NCBI GenBank assembly: GCA_016207275.1
Contig: JACQPY010000018.1
Location: 23,960 to 87,959, forward strand
Direction: 5' to 3'
Length of the DNA: 64,000 bases
Source of the DNA: Candidatus Kerfeldbacteria bacterium
GTDB taxonomy: Bacteria > Patescibacteriota > Patescibacteriia > SBBC01
Shown: piece after piece, positions 49,259 to 58,069 of the stretch
Position numbering within the stretch: position 1 is the stretch's first letter
Layout: each line of letters begins with the position of its first letter
The notes under the pieces: model-generated
The model's input: the letters and a program-made list of their open reading frames with translations, nothing else
The model's database searches: none
Told to the model about the DNA's origin: nothing
Made by a program: the position numbers and the translations under genes

Positions 49259-50650
49259 CTAGTTCTTATAAATCACAATCGGCATGCCGACCTCGCCCCA
49301 GGTAAAGATCCACTCCGAGTCGTCGACTGACTGGCCGACGCAGCCGTGCGAGCGCGGCCGGATGCCGAAGTCGTTGTGCCAGTAAACGCCGTGCAGTGAG
49401 TAGTCGCCTTTGAACCACAAAATATTCGGCACGTTCGGCAGGTAGTAGCCAGGACCGGACATCTTCTGCTTTTTGGTTTTGGCGTACACGCGGAACGTGC
49501 CGGTCGGCGTCCAGTCATTGATACCAGACGAGATTTTCATCGAGTAGACCAGCTGGCCGTCTTGGTAGGCGTAGGCCTGCTGTTTCGTCAGGTCAACGCC
49601 AACTACCTTACCCGTGCCGATGGGCGCGGCCGGTGGTTCGGCCAGCTGCGTCTCAAACGGCACGTCGGTCAGGGCCAGCTCGAGCGGCTGGCGGTCACCC
49701 GCCAGCAGGTGCGTCCGCACCTGCGCGACCGCCTGATCGATAACCAGGCGTTTTCCCGGAACGCCAACTTGCAGCACGTCGGTTTTGTGCTGGCTCTTCA
49801 GAATCGTTTGCGCTACGGGATCTCGCTCAACCGCCGCGGCCTGGGCTCGCAAAAACTCGCTGACCGCGTCAGCGTTTAGATCAAGCTGTCCGGCCGGGCC
49901 GGCCGGCAGGGCGCGGCCGAGCGCGGCCACGGTCCGCGGTGGCGATTCAACGCCGAAGGCTAGCCAGTTCGCCAGGTCCGGTCGTTCGACGATCACGGTT
50001 TGGTCGCCGAGTTTCAGCGTCAGGGGTTCTGCGACCAATCCTTCGGCCGCGGCTACCAGCGGTCGCAAGTCGTCTTCGGTCACGGCCGGTCGGGCTAGCA
50101 CCAGCGGCACGTCAACGGTGACGGCGGTCGCGCGCTCGAGCGCCGGCTTGAGCTTAGCCATCACCGCCGATTCATCAACCACCAACCCCTCAGCGCCGGG
50201 CACCAACGCAAAAGCACCATCAGCGCCAACCGTCACCGTGGCCGGTTTTGGCTGAACGCCTAGGCTCCGCACCAACGCATCAAAGTACGGCTGCCGTTCC
50301 TCGGCTGGCCAGTCGAATGTCATTGGCACGCGCCACCACCACCGTCCCCGCCCAACGCTGAAGGCTTTTGCGGCCAGCGGCCGGGCATCGTACCGAACGC
50401 CGAGGTCAGCGGGAGTCGCGGTCAGGTAGTGATCGTTCAGCCGCAACTCGATCGGCTGTTGGCTCGTGGCCTGCTCAATGGTCGCGGTCGCCTGTTGTCT
50501 CGTTAAGCCGCCAACCGGCACCGATCCAACCGTAACGCCCGGCAGAATTGTATCGTCAAACGAAACGGCGAAAGCAAATGTTGCCGCGCTCAGCACGAAC
50601 GGCACCGCTTGCTTCAAGCCAATATGAAGTCTGGTTTTGGTTTCAACCAC
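49259..50650 (-). CDS. L,D-transpeptidase (YkuD domain) family protein with an N-terminal TM
   Basis: The C-terminal YkuD catalytic motif is ...LHGVYWHNDFG..SHGCV. Confidence 0.75.
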   Translation of the reverse strand: MVETKTRLHIGLKQAVPFVLSAATFAFAVSFDDTILPGVTVGSVPVGGLTRQQATATIEQATSQQPIELRLNDHYLTATPADLGVRYDARPLAAKAFSVGRGRWWWRVPMTFDWPAEERQPYFDALVRSLGVQPKPATVTVGADGAFALVPGAEGLVVDESAVMAKLKPALERATAVTVDVPLVLARPAVTEDDLRPLVAAAEGLVAEPLTLKLGDQTVIVERPDLANWLAFGVESPPRTVAALGRALPAGPAGQLDLNADAVSEFLRAQAAAVERDPVAQTILKSQHKTDVLQVGVPGKRLVIDQAVAQVRTHLLAGDRQPLELALTDVPFETQLAEPPAAPIGTGKVVGVDLTKQQAYAYQDGQLVYSMKISSGINDWTPTGTFRVYAKTKKQKMSGPGYYLPNVPNILWFKGDYSLHGVYWHNDFGIRPRSHGCVGQSVDDSEWIFTWGEVGMPIVIYKN

Positions 50651-50756
50651 GATTTTCTTTTTGTTTTTTGCTTGTCTCCCGTCATTATCTCACATTTTTC
50701 AACTTTTTTCAAGTACCAAAATTCAGCCGGCTATCCGCGGTTGCCAGGCTCGAACG

Positions 50757-51578
50757 CTACGCGCGTGGTATCGTCGTTTCGGCTTTGACTTCCTCGTCAG
50801 TCGTCGCGTCGAGCAGGTCGTTCATCAAGCTGCGCTCCTGCTCGTCAAAATCGTCGACTACTTCCGAACCAAACTTCTTTCGGTAGCGTTGGTTAAAACC
50901 GGGCTCGCTCCAATACGATAAGTCGAGCGCCAGCTCGACGGTTCGACGCAACTTGTCGCTGAAGCTGGTGGCCCCGACGCGATCGGGCAGCAGTTTCTTC
51001 AAGACCGCGCCAGCCTGTGTTTCCTTAAAACTCGAAACCATCCGCTCCGTCTCGCGCTTCAGATTTTCGCCAGTCAGTTCACGACGGCGGACCCGCGAAC
51101 GGAGTTCTCTGACCCGCTTGGTCAGCTCGTCCTTCGCCTCCTCGTACGCCTCCTCGGCAACCTCCAGTTGCTTGAGTTGGGCCTCGATGCGCCGGCGTCG
51201 GGCCTTGGTTTCAGCAATGGCATCCGCTTCCGCCCGCGACGGTCGGCCCGGTTTGGTGGGTGCGGTTTCGACGGTCGTCTGTTCACGAGCTGACGGTTCA
51301 GGCGTCGGCTGTCTTGGTTTGCCGCGGCGACCGCGTTTCCGGTCCCGGGCCTGACGAGGCTGATCGCCGCCACCACCGCCAATTTCACCGTGGTTGTCCA
51401 ACCGGTCAGACTGTTCGACTTTTCCTTCCGCCTCTTTCAGTTCAGGCTGCGTCTCGCTCATATCAGCTCCCTCCCCTCCGGCGCTCTGCGCCACCTCCCC
51501 TTCAGACAAGGGGAAACGGCGAGCATCAAACTGCAGAGGATCGTCAACCGGCGGCCCGTCAAAGCGTTTCGTATCCAT
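50757..51578 (-). CDS. Hypothetical Glu/Arg-rich coiled-coil protein
   Basis: Low-complexity charged N-terminal two-thirds and a C-terminal ~80 aa with no known motif. The start is uncertain. Confidence 0.3.
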   Translation of the reverse strand: MDTKRFDGPPVDDPLQFDARRFPLSEGEVAQSAGGEGADMSETQPELKEAEGKVEQSDRLDNHGEIGGGGGDQPRQARDRKRGRRGKPRQPTPEPSAREQTTVETAPTKPGRPSRAEADAIAETKARRRRIEAQLKQLEVAEEAYEEAKDELTKRVRELRSRVRRRELTGENLKRETERMVSSFKETQAGAVLKKLLPDRVGATSFSDKLRRTVELALDLSYWSEPGFNQRYRKKFGSEVVDDFDEQERSLMNDLLDATTDEEVKAETTIPRA

Positions 51579-51688
51579 GCACCTACCCTAGCACCGTCCA
51601 AATCAAAAAAGCAAGCCCTCAATCTCTGAAACCTCTAAACCGCCAATCCTCCAAACTGACAACGCAGGCTTAAGCCTGCGCTTGACCG

Positions 51689-52915
51689 CTACTCGGTCCG
51701 CGCTTCGAGCGTCGCCTGAACGGTCTTTTCTTTCCCCTTCGAGAAAACCTTGAGTGTCACGGTTTGACCGATTGTTTTCTCCGACAGCGCCTGGGCCAGG
51801 TCGTGGTCCTCGGTAATTTTCTGGCCGTCGATTTCCAGAATAATATCGTTCTCGACAAGGCCGGCTTTGTCGGCTGGGCCGCCGGGAATTACCGCTAGTT
51901 CGTCGCGAGTATCACCGCGAACGACCAGAGCGCCGTAATCGACCGCCAGGTCGTTCGCCTCTTTGATTGCCTGGTTGATGAGGATGTAGCGAATGCCGAG
52001 GTAGGGCTGCTCGATCTTGCCCGTCTTCTTCAGGCTGTCGAGGTCACGCTTGGGCACGTTGATGGGGATGGCGAAACCGATCAGCTGACCCTCGCGGTCG
52101 ATGGCGGTGTTGATGCCGATCGCTTGGCCAGCCAGGTTGAGCAGCGGACCGCCGGAGTTCCCCTGGTTGATGGCGGCGTCGGTCTGGATGACGTTGCGCA
52201 GGGTTTCGACCTGACCCGATCCGTCGCCGGCCCGGATGGTCCGGGCTAAGCCGGAGATGACCCCTTTGGTCACGGAGTTTCGGTACTGGCCGAGGACGTT
52301 GCCAATGGCGATGACCGTGTCGCCGACTTGGGCTGAATCTGAATCACCGAGTTCGACGGTTGGCAAATCTTTGGCCTCAATCTTCATGAAAGCGACATCG
52401 TTGGTCGGATCGGTAGCGAGCACGTTGGCGTCGAAGGTCTGCTGGTCGTTCATCACCACCACAAACTCGTCGGCGCCTTCAATCGTGGCGACGTGCTTAT
52501 TGGTGACGATCGTCCCATCTGAAGAAATAATAAACCCCGTTCCGCTGCCGATGGTTTGGATGCCGCGCGGCGGCGTTTTTAAAAACGGCAAGCCGAAAAA
52601 GTCGTCGAGCGGCGTGTTCTGGTTGCCGAAAACCTTGCTGAAATCCTTCTTGGCGATGATGCTGACGACGGCCGGGTTGACCTTCTTAACGACGTCAACC
52701 GTCGCCGACTCCTCTTGCAGGGCGATCGTGCTGACGTTGACGTTGCTGACGCCGCGCTGCACCGGCGACCCGAGGAAATTACTCAATCCCCCTTTGGTCG
52801 CGGCCACCCCGAAAATGCCGCCCGACATGCCGCCGACGAGAAAGCTGACGATAATGATCGTCGCTAGCGTCGGCTGACCAGGTCGCGAGGGCGATTCAGG
52901 CGTAGGATGTTCCAT
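51689..52915 (-). CDS. htrA: HtrA/DegP-family serine protease (trypsin-like domain plus PDZ)
   Basis: GSGTGFIIS..TNKHV and GNSGGPLLNLAGQAIGINTA are the S1C triad regions. A C-terminal PDZ domain is present. Confidence 0.9.
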   Translation of the reverse strand: MEHPTPESPSRPGQPTLATIIIVSFLVGGMSGGIFGVAATKGGLSNFLGSPVQRGVSNVNVSTIALQEESATVDVVKKVNPAVVSIIAKKDFSKVFGNQNTPLDDFFGLPFLKTPPRGIQTIGSGTGFIISSDGTIVTNKHVATIEGADEFVVVMNDQQTFDANVLATDPTNDVAFMKIEAKDLPTVELGDSDSAQVGDTVIAIGNVLGQYRNSVTKGVISGLARTIRAGDGSGQVETLRNVIQTDAAINQGNSGGPLLNLAGQAIGINTAIDREGQLIGFAIPINVPKRDLDSLKKTGKIEQPYLGIRYILINQAIKEANDLAVDYGALVVRGDTRDELAVIPGGPADKAGLVENDIILEIDGQKITEDHDLAQALSEKTIGQTVTLKVFSKGKEKTVQATLEARTE

Positions 52916-52971
52916 AGTAAGTTATCCCCAAATATACTACTACACAGTGTAGTAGACCAACCCCGACCTCG

Positions 52972-53883
52972 TCAAATCCCGGCTGAGGAGTTGGTATTCT
53001 GGCTGGCCGCCGACGTCTCGACGCGGAGCAGGTCGCGCAAGGTCACGAAAGTGTACCCTTTGGCGCGAACCTCATCAACCAGCGGTCCGAGCAAGTCAAC
53101 CGCAATGTCGCTGTTGGCCTGCAACATCATGATGGCGCCGTCCTTGAGTCCGTCGAGGACGCGCGTCTTTGCGCTGTCCGCCGTGGCGCCGTTCTTCCAG
53201 TCTTCCGCATCGACCGTCCAGAGAATCATGCAGTACCCCTGCTTCCGTGTCTCGGCCAGCGAGGCCGTATCGTAGTCGCCGAATGGCGGCCGGAAGTAGG
53301 GCTTGGTCGTTTCGGTCGTCACGTCGAAGACGGCCGCCTCGGCTTTGGTCAACTCGGTATCAACCTTCTCGTCGTCCAGACCTTTAAACGAAGGGTGGCT
53401 GTAGCTGTGACTGAAGATGTCGACGCCGGCATCGTGGTAGGCCTTGATTACCTCGGCGTTGTCCTCCGCCCACTTTCCCGTACTGAAGAGGGTCGCCGGA
53501 ACTTGCTTCGACTTAATAACGTCGAGTGCCTTCAGGGCGTCGCCGATAATGCCGCCGCCGTCGAGCGTCAGGGCGACGTACTTACCATCGACGCGCGCCA
53601 GCGAAATTGGCTTCGGACAGTCTTTCGTGATCAACTCGCGACCGGACAGCTCTGGCACGGTCGTGCTCGCCGTCGCATTGACACTAAGGTTGCCGTTACT
53701 ATTATTGGCCAGCCGAATGCTGTCGGACGCATTCTGGTTGGTGGTCGAGCTCCCGGACAGCCCGTTGCGAATCAGGATAATGACGACGATGCCGACCGCC
53801 GCCCAGCCGACCAGCTTGAACAGCCGACCTCCCCCAGAGGTGCGGTGCTGTCGGTACGGTTGGTAGCGGCGGTAGTTAGCCAT
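52972..53883 (-). CDS. Polysaccharide deacetylase (NodB domain) with an N-terminal TM
   Basis: ALTLDGG...FSHSYSHP...TVDAEDW are the NodB motifs. The start is taken at the internal MANYRRY. The longer ORF-track N-terminus is rejected. Confidence 0.75.
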   Translation of the reverse strand: MANYRRYQPYRQHRTSGGGRLFKLVGWAAVGIVVIILIRNGLSGSSTTNQNASDSIRLANNSNGNLSVNATASTTVPELSGRELITKDCPKPISLARVDGKYVALTLDGGGIIGDALKALDVIKSKQVPATLFSTGKWAEDNAEVIKAYHDAGVDIFSHSYSHPSFKGLDDEKVDTELTKAEAAVFDVTTETTKPYFRPPFGDYDTASLAETRKQGYCMILWTVDAEDWKNGATADSAKTRVLDGLKDGAIMMLQANSDIAVDLLGPLVDEVRAKGYTFVTLRDLLRVETSAASQNTNSSAGI

Positions 53884-53893
53884 CGTCGTGCAC

Positions 53894-54442
53894 TTAGCTT
53901 TTCTGGTGTACCACCAACTGCCGTCGGCGCGCAAGCAGGAGCGCCAGCTCGAAAGCGCCGAACAACAAACCAGTAAAGGCCAGATCGCCGAGGACCGTGT
54001 TGCGGAAAAACGGCAGGCCGGCGACGTAGGCGGCCAACAGGCCGGCAATTGTTTTGGGATACAACGCCGCAAAGGCCCAGACCGCGGCGTTGGTCACCAG
54101 GAAGAACACCATCGACCCAATGACGGTGCCAGTGAGAATCGGGCCGACGCGTTTGTGTGTCCGCAGCCACAACCCAATCAGGCCACTGACTGCGAAGCTG
54201 CCGTACACCGACGCCATAATCCCAAGCTCATAGAAACCAATCAGCACGTCAGCCAACAGCATGGCCGCCAGCGGCACGGCAAAGGCCAGCCGCCGCGGCA
54301 GGTAGACCCCGCCGAACAAGGCCAGGGCGGCAATCGGCGCCACGTTTGGCGGTAAGCTAATCAAGCCGGCGTCACGTAACACGCGAATGCCGGCCGCGCC
54401 AACAATTAAGGCGATGGCGAGAATCAGGTGCGGGCGCTTCAT
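53894..54442 (-). CDS. Small integral membrane protein, possibly an ECF-type S-component (CbrT-like)
   Basis: 182 aa with 5-6 TM helices. It sits next to a DUF4430 gene, which is a common pairing at cobalamin ECF loci. The family assignment is tentative. Confidence 0.35.
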   Translation of the reverse strand: MKRPHLILAIALIVGAAGIRVLRDAGLISLPPNVAPIAALALFGGVYLPRRLAFAVPLAAMLLADVLIGFYELGIMASVYGSFAVSGLIGLWLRTHKRVGPILTGTVIGSMVFFLVTNAAVWAFAALYPKTIAGLLAAYVAGLPFFRNTVLGDLAFTGLLFGAFELALLLARRRQLVVHQKS

Positions 54443-54445
54443 GCG

Positions 54446-54829
54446 CTACTGGGCATAGACGAACCGCCACTCAATCGTTTCAGTCGACTTCGTCACGTAA
54501 TCCTTCGCGCCGACTTGTCCTTCCTGACCATTGGCGTACCACAGCCAATAGGCGGTCGACGAACCAACCCGACCATCAATGCCCTGAACGAAGCCGTTGC
54601 TCTCGACGACCTCGTGATTCTCCTGCAGCAACTCGAGGACGGTCTTACCATCCTGACCTTGGTACGAAATAGTCGTCGGCAGCGGCGCTTCGACGTTCGC
54701 ATTCGGCGTCGCCGCCGGGTTGATGTTCTGGTTGGCGACGGGAGTGGTTTGTTGGCTGGTGTACCACCACGCTCCGACGCCGACCAGTGCCACGACAATA
54801 ACGACAATGACAATTGACTGTTTTTTCAT
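54446..54829 (-). CDS. DUF4430-domain secreted protein (transcobalamin-like fold)
   Basis: An N-terminal TM/signal is followed by TVLELLQENHEVVESNGFVQGIDG ... YWLWYANG. Confidence 0.5.
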   Translation of the reverse strand: MKKQSIVIVVIVVALVGVGAWWYTSQQTTPVANQNINPAATPNANVEAPLPTTISYQGQDGKTVLELLQENHEVVESNGFVQGIDGRVGSSTAYWLWYANGQEGQVGAKDYVTKSTETIEWRFVYAQ

Positions 54830-55039
54830 GGTCGATCCCTCGTTCTATATAATAAGCTGCAGGAACAATTTAGGCAACGTATGCTTGTCGGTCTAAAGAC
54901 CCCCTTTCTCATTAAAGTGGTTGATGACAAAAACACCTCGTTCCGAGAAGCGAGGCAATTAGTAACTAAACGCGACCTCATCCCGGAGGATTTGTCTTTA
55001 CCCGCGCACCATATTGGGTGTGGGGAAGGCGTCCGACTT

Positions 55040-55165
55040 CCTTCCCCTCTCCTCTCCGAGGAGAGGGCTGGGGTGAGGTTACGGTTGCGGGACAGTTCCG
55101 GAATTGATTTCCCTCCCCTTTCAGGTCCTCTCCTTTGCATTCTGCAAAGGGGAGGGGTCAGGAGT
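55040..55165. repeat. Family-1 (CTCTCC variant) palindromic repeat R7
   Basis: cctctc-cgag-gagagg followed by gctggggtgagg, then a cctttgca-ttc-tgcaaagg hairpin and ggggaggggtcaggagtgggg. Confidence 0.6.
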
Positions 55166-55374
55166 GGGGTCGCACCGGATTGCCTACATTCGTATTTTCA
55201 ATGTGTGGTTGACGACGAACTAACTACTGATCCCTAACCCCCAAACCCTATCTTGTCACCCAGTACATGAAGGAAAAGACGAACACCGCCGCGGCCATGA
55301 AGAAAATCAACCACAAAAACTGCAGGAGTGTCGACTTTTTTTCGAGTGGATTATGAAACATTGTTTTTGGTTAA

Positions 55375-55600
55375 ACGTTACGAGTCAAATGTTCACTTCG
55401 ATCCTTCGACTTTGCTCATCCTTCGACAATGCTCAGGATGAGTCCCGCCGAATGGGCGACCTTTATGCACGTATCCACAGGATAGCACATCGAATGACTT
55501 GTGACTAGCGACCCGTCACATGTCATCCCTCGACGCTGCTCGGGATGACCCCGAGCGTAGTCGAAGGGTCACAGATCAAATGTCACATGTTCTCAATAAT
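55375..55600. repeat. Family-3 composite element (two catcc-hairpins, one gaccc-hairpin, flanking GTCAAATGT motifs)
   Basis: catccttcgacaatgctcaggatg, catccctcgacgctgctcgggatg and gaccccgagcgtagtcgaagggtc, followed by cacagatcaaatgtcacatg. Confidence 0.55.
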
Positions 55601-56168
55601 CAATCCCCTTGCTGGCAATAATCCCTTGGTAGTATGGATGCTTAACCATCTTCATTTCGGTCACCAAGTCACAACGCTTTAATACAGCTGGGTAGGCGCT
55701 GTGGCCGGTCATGGCCACGTGGACCAGTTTTGCTTTCGGATGCTTAGCTCGTTCGTTGAGCAACTTCGCAATCGCCGACACGGGAAAGAGTTTCTGCTCC
55801 GAGCAAGCAATGATCTCATCGAGTATCACGAGCTTGTACTTTCCTGAAAACAGCAATTGCTTTGCTTCGGCCAACGCGCTGGCTGCAGCTTGCCGGTGCT
55901 GCCGGCGAGATTTTCGGTCGCCTAAAATGCCCACAAACCCTTTGCCGCGGACGCGCACATCAACCCCTAACTTCTTCAACGTCACCCGCTCGCCTGACGG
56001 CCATTGCGCTGACTTGTAAAACTGAAAAAACAGCACGGGCCAGCCGTAGCCCGCAGCTCGCGTGGCCAAACCGACAGCCGCCGTGGTTTTTCCTTTACCA
56101 TCGCCGACGTAGGCAATGGTTAGACCGCGATCAATGGCGCGAAATTGCTTTACGGCTGATCTCTTCAT
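55593..56168 (-). CDS. Cob(I)yrinic acid a,c-diamide / cob(I)alamin adenosyltransferase (BtuR/CobA/CobO family)
   Basis: IAYVGDGKGKTTAAVGLATRAAGYGW is the P-loop region. The start is taken at MKRSAVKQF. The longer ORF-track N-terminus is rejected. Confidence 0.75.
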   Translation of the reverse strand: MKRSAVKQFRAIDRGLTIAYVGDGKGKTTAAVGLATRAAGYGWPVLFFQFYKSAQWPSGERVTLKKLGVDVRVRGKGFVGILGDRKSRRQHRQAAASALAEAKQLLFSGKYKLVILDEIIACSEQKLFPVSAIAKLLNERAKHPKAKLVHVAMTGHSAYPAVLKRCDLVTEMKMVKHPYYQGIIASKGIDY

Positions 56169-56187
56169 AGAGTACTGCGCCGACGCA

Positions 56188-56236
56188 TGCCCCGTACCGG
56201 ACTCCGAGCGAAGTCGAGGAGGACTGGTGCGGGGTA
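56188..56236. repeat. Family-2 element immediately upstream of the adenosyltransferase gene
   Basis: CCCCGTACC-ggactccgagcgaagtcgaggaggac-TGGTGCGGGGTAGG, with a TTCG core like the tRNA-Asp and prfB copies. Confidence 0.55.
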
Positions 56237-56239
56237 GGC

Positions 56240-56293
56240 AATGATCAGGCCGCGATCGATCGCCCGAAATTTTTTTGGAGCAGATTTTTTCAT
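56240..56293 (-). other. Diverged duplicate of the adenosyltransferase 5' end
   Basis: Minus strand reads ATGAAAAAATCTGCTCCAAAAAAATTTCGGGCGATCGATCGCGGCCTGATCATTGCCTAC. The real start is ATGAAGAGATCAGCCGTAAAGCAATTTCGCGCCATTGATCGCGGTCTAACCATTGCCTAC. Confidence 0.55.
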
Positions 56294-56368
56294 GATTCAC
56301 GTAATCAGCGCGGCATTCGCCGCGCTCATTAGTTTACCGTACTACCAGTCAATCAACAATCGCCACCG

Positions 56369-58042
56369 CTATGCCTCACATGCACCCTCGCACAATTTCG
56401 TCTGGCTGAATTTTTGCGCGGCGTTCGTGCTGTGCTGGTAGTACAGAGTTTTAATCCCTTTTTGCCAGGCCTGGATGTACAGATTATTAATGTCCTTGGC
56501 CGAGGTCTTCGGATTGATCATGAGATTCAGCGATTGACCCTGATCAATGTGGTACTGACGGGAAGCGGCTTGCTCGATAATCACGGCTTGGTTAATTTCC
56601 GGGAAGGTCTTAAATACCTCTTTTTCATGGTCGGTCAGGAAATCAAGATGCTGGACCGAACCGTCGCGGTCGCGAATCGAGGACCAGACCTCTTTCGTAT
56701 TTTTCCCTTTTGACTCCAGCAGCTTCGCCAGGAACGGATTCTGAATCGTGACTTTCATTTTATCGATATCCTTGACGTAACAGTTCGACCAAACCGGCTC
56801 AATGCTCTGTGACACCTGACCCAAGATAAAAGCCGAGGAGGTCGTCGGCGCGACCGCGTTGAGCGTCGTATTCCGCCGGCCGTAGCCCTCTAACAGTGAC
56901 GGTTCGCCGTATTTTTTCGCCAGTTCTTCTGAGGCGCTATAAGAACGCTCTTGAATGAAGCGAAAGATCTGTACATTCAGCTTGTTGGCTTCCAGGCTTT
57001 CGAACGGAATCATCTTTGACTGCAAGTACGAATGCCAGCCCAGCACGCCCAGCCCGAGCGCGCGGTTGGCGACCGCAAAATTATACGCCCGTTCCATAAA
57101 AAAGAAGGCTTTGCGATCTTCGTCGCGCTCGGAGTCCCGCAAGCCCTCTAACTTGGCGATGAAATCGGTCATGACCGCGTCCAGGAAATAGACCATCGTT
57201 TCGACTGCGTCGGTCTGTTTCCACTCGTCGCAATGGAGAATATTCATGGAGGACAAATCGCACACAAACGACCAGTCGGCGCGAGTCGGCAACATGATTT
57301 CCGAACACAGATTACTATGCCTGATCGTCAGCTGTTTATCCTTGTACACGTCGACCGTGTTCCGGTTGACCGTATCGGTAAAAAAGATATACGGATAGCC
57401 CATCTCGACGCGGCGCTGAAGAACCTTGGCCCAAATCCGGCGCTTGGCGCTGTCGCCGTCGACCATGGCTTGCATCCAGCTGTCCGTCACCGTCACCGCG
57501 TGCGTCAATTCCTGAATCGGGTTGCCCTCCGTGCCGATGTCGAGAAAATCCTCGATGTCCGGATGCTCGACCGGCAGATACGGCGAGAAGTGGCCGCGGC
57601 GAGTTGATCCCTGGCTGACGACGTTGACCATCGATTCGAATAAACGCATAAAGTGGACCGAGCCCGACGACGTGCCGTTGTCCGTAATCGCCGCGCCGCG
57701 CGGACGCAGTTCCCCGAAGTACCCGGCTGTCCCCCCGCCGAATTTGCTCATCATGCCGACTTCCGCCAAGACGTTCAGAATGTTTCCCATGTTGTCAGGG
57801 ATATGCGAGGCAAAACAACTGATCGGCAACCCCTTTTTCAATCCAAAGTTCGCCCAAATCGGCGTCGACAACGAGTAGAACCCTTTCGACATGTACTCAT
57901 AAAACTTGTCGGCAAAACCGGCTTGTCCGAGGATCGTTTCGGCTCGATCGGCAATGAATCGGATGCGCTCCTCCGGGGTAACGCCGGTGGTCAGATACCC
58001 TTTGTTCAGAAACTTCCGACTATTTTCGTTCAGCCAGTTCAT
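56369..58042 (-). CDS. nrdA: Ribonucleoside-diphosphate reductase large subunit (class I, short form without an ATP-cone)
   Basis: NLCSEI active-site motif and a C-terminal Cys pair. At 557 aa it lacks the N-terminal ATP-cone. Confidence 0.85.
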   Translation of the reverse strand: MNWLNENSRKFLNKGYLTTGVTPEERIRFIADRAETILGQAGFADKFYEYMSKGFYSLSTPIWANFGLKKGLPISCFASHIPDNMGNILNVLAEVGMMSKFGGGTAGYFGELRPRGAAITDNGTSSGSVHFMRLFESMVNVVSQGSTRRGHFSPYLPVEHPDIEDFLDIGTEGNPIQELTHAVTVTDSWMQAMVDGDSAKRRIWAKVLQRRVEMGYPYIFFTDTVNRNTVDVYKDKQLTIRHSNLCSEIMLPTRADWSFVCDLSSMNILHCDEWKQTDAVETMVYFLDAVMTDFIAKLEGLRDSERDEDRKAFFFMERAYNFAVANRALGLGVLGWHSYLQSKMIPFESLEANKLNVQIFRFIQERSYSASEELAKKYGEPSLLEGYGRRNTTLNAVAPTTSSAFILGQVSQSIEPVWSNCYVKDIDKMKVTIQNPFLAKLLESKGKNTKEVWSSIRDRDGSVQHLDFLTDHEKEVFKTFPEINQAVIIEQAASRQYHIDQGQSLNLMINPKTSAKDINNLYIQAWQKGIKTLYYQHSTNAAQKFSQTKLCEGACEA

Positions 58043-58069
58043 TAGGTGATGTTGATTAACTCATCCCGG

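Noticed and set aside
55540-55680. Small ORF starting at the ATG inside the family-3 gaccc-hairpin (MTPSVVEGSQIKCHMF...)
   Set aside because: About 46 codons, overlapping the adenosyltransferase 3' end on the opposite strand. The ATG is probably incidental, unlike the in-frame case at agmatinase.
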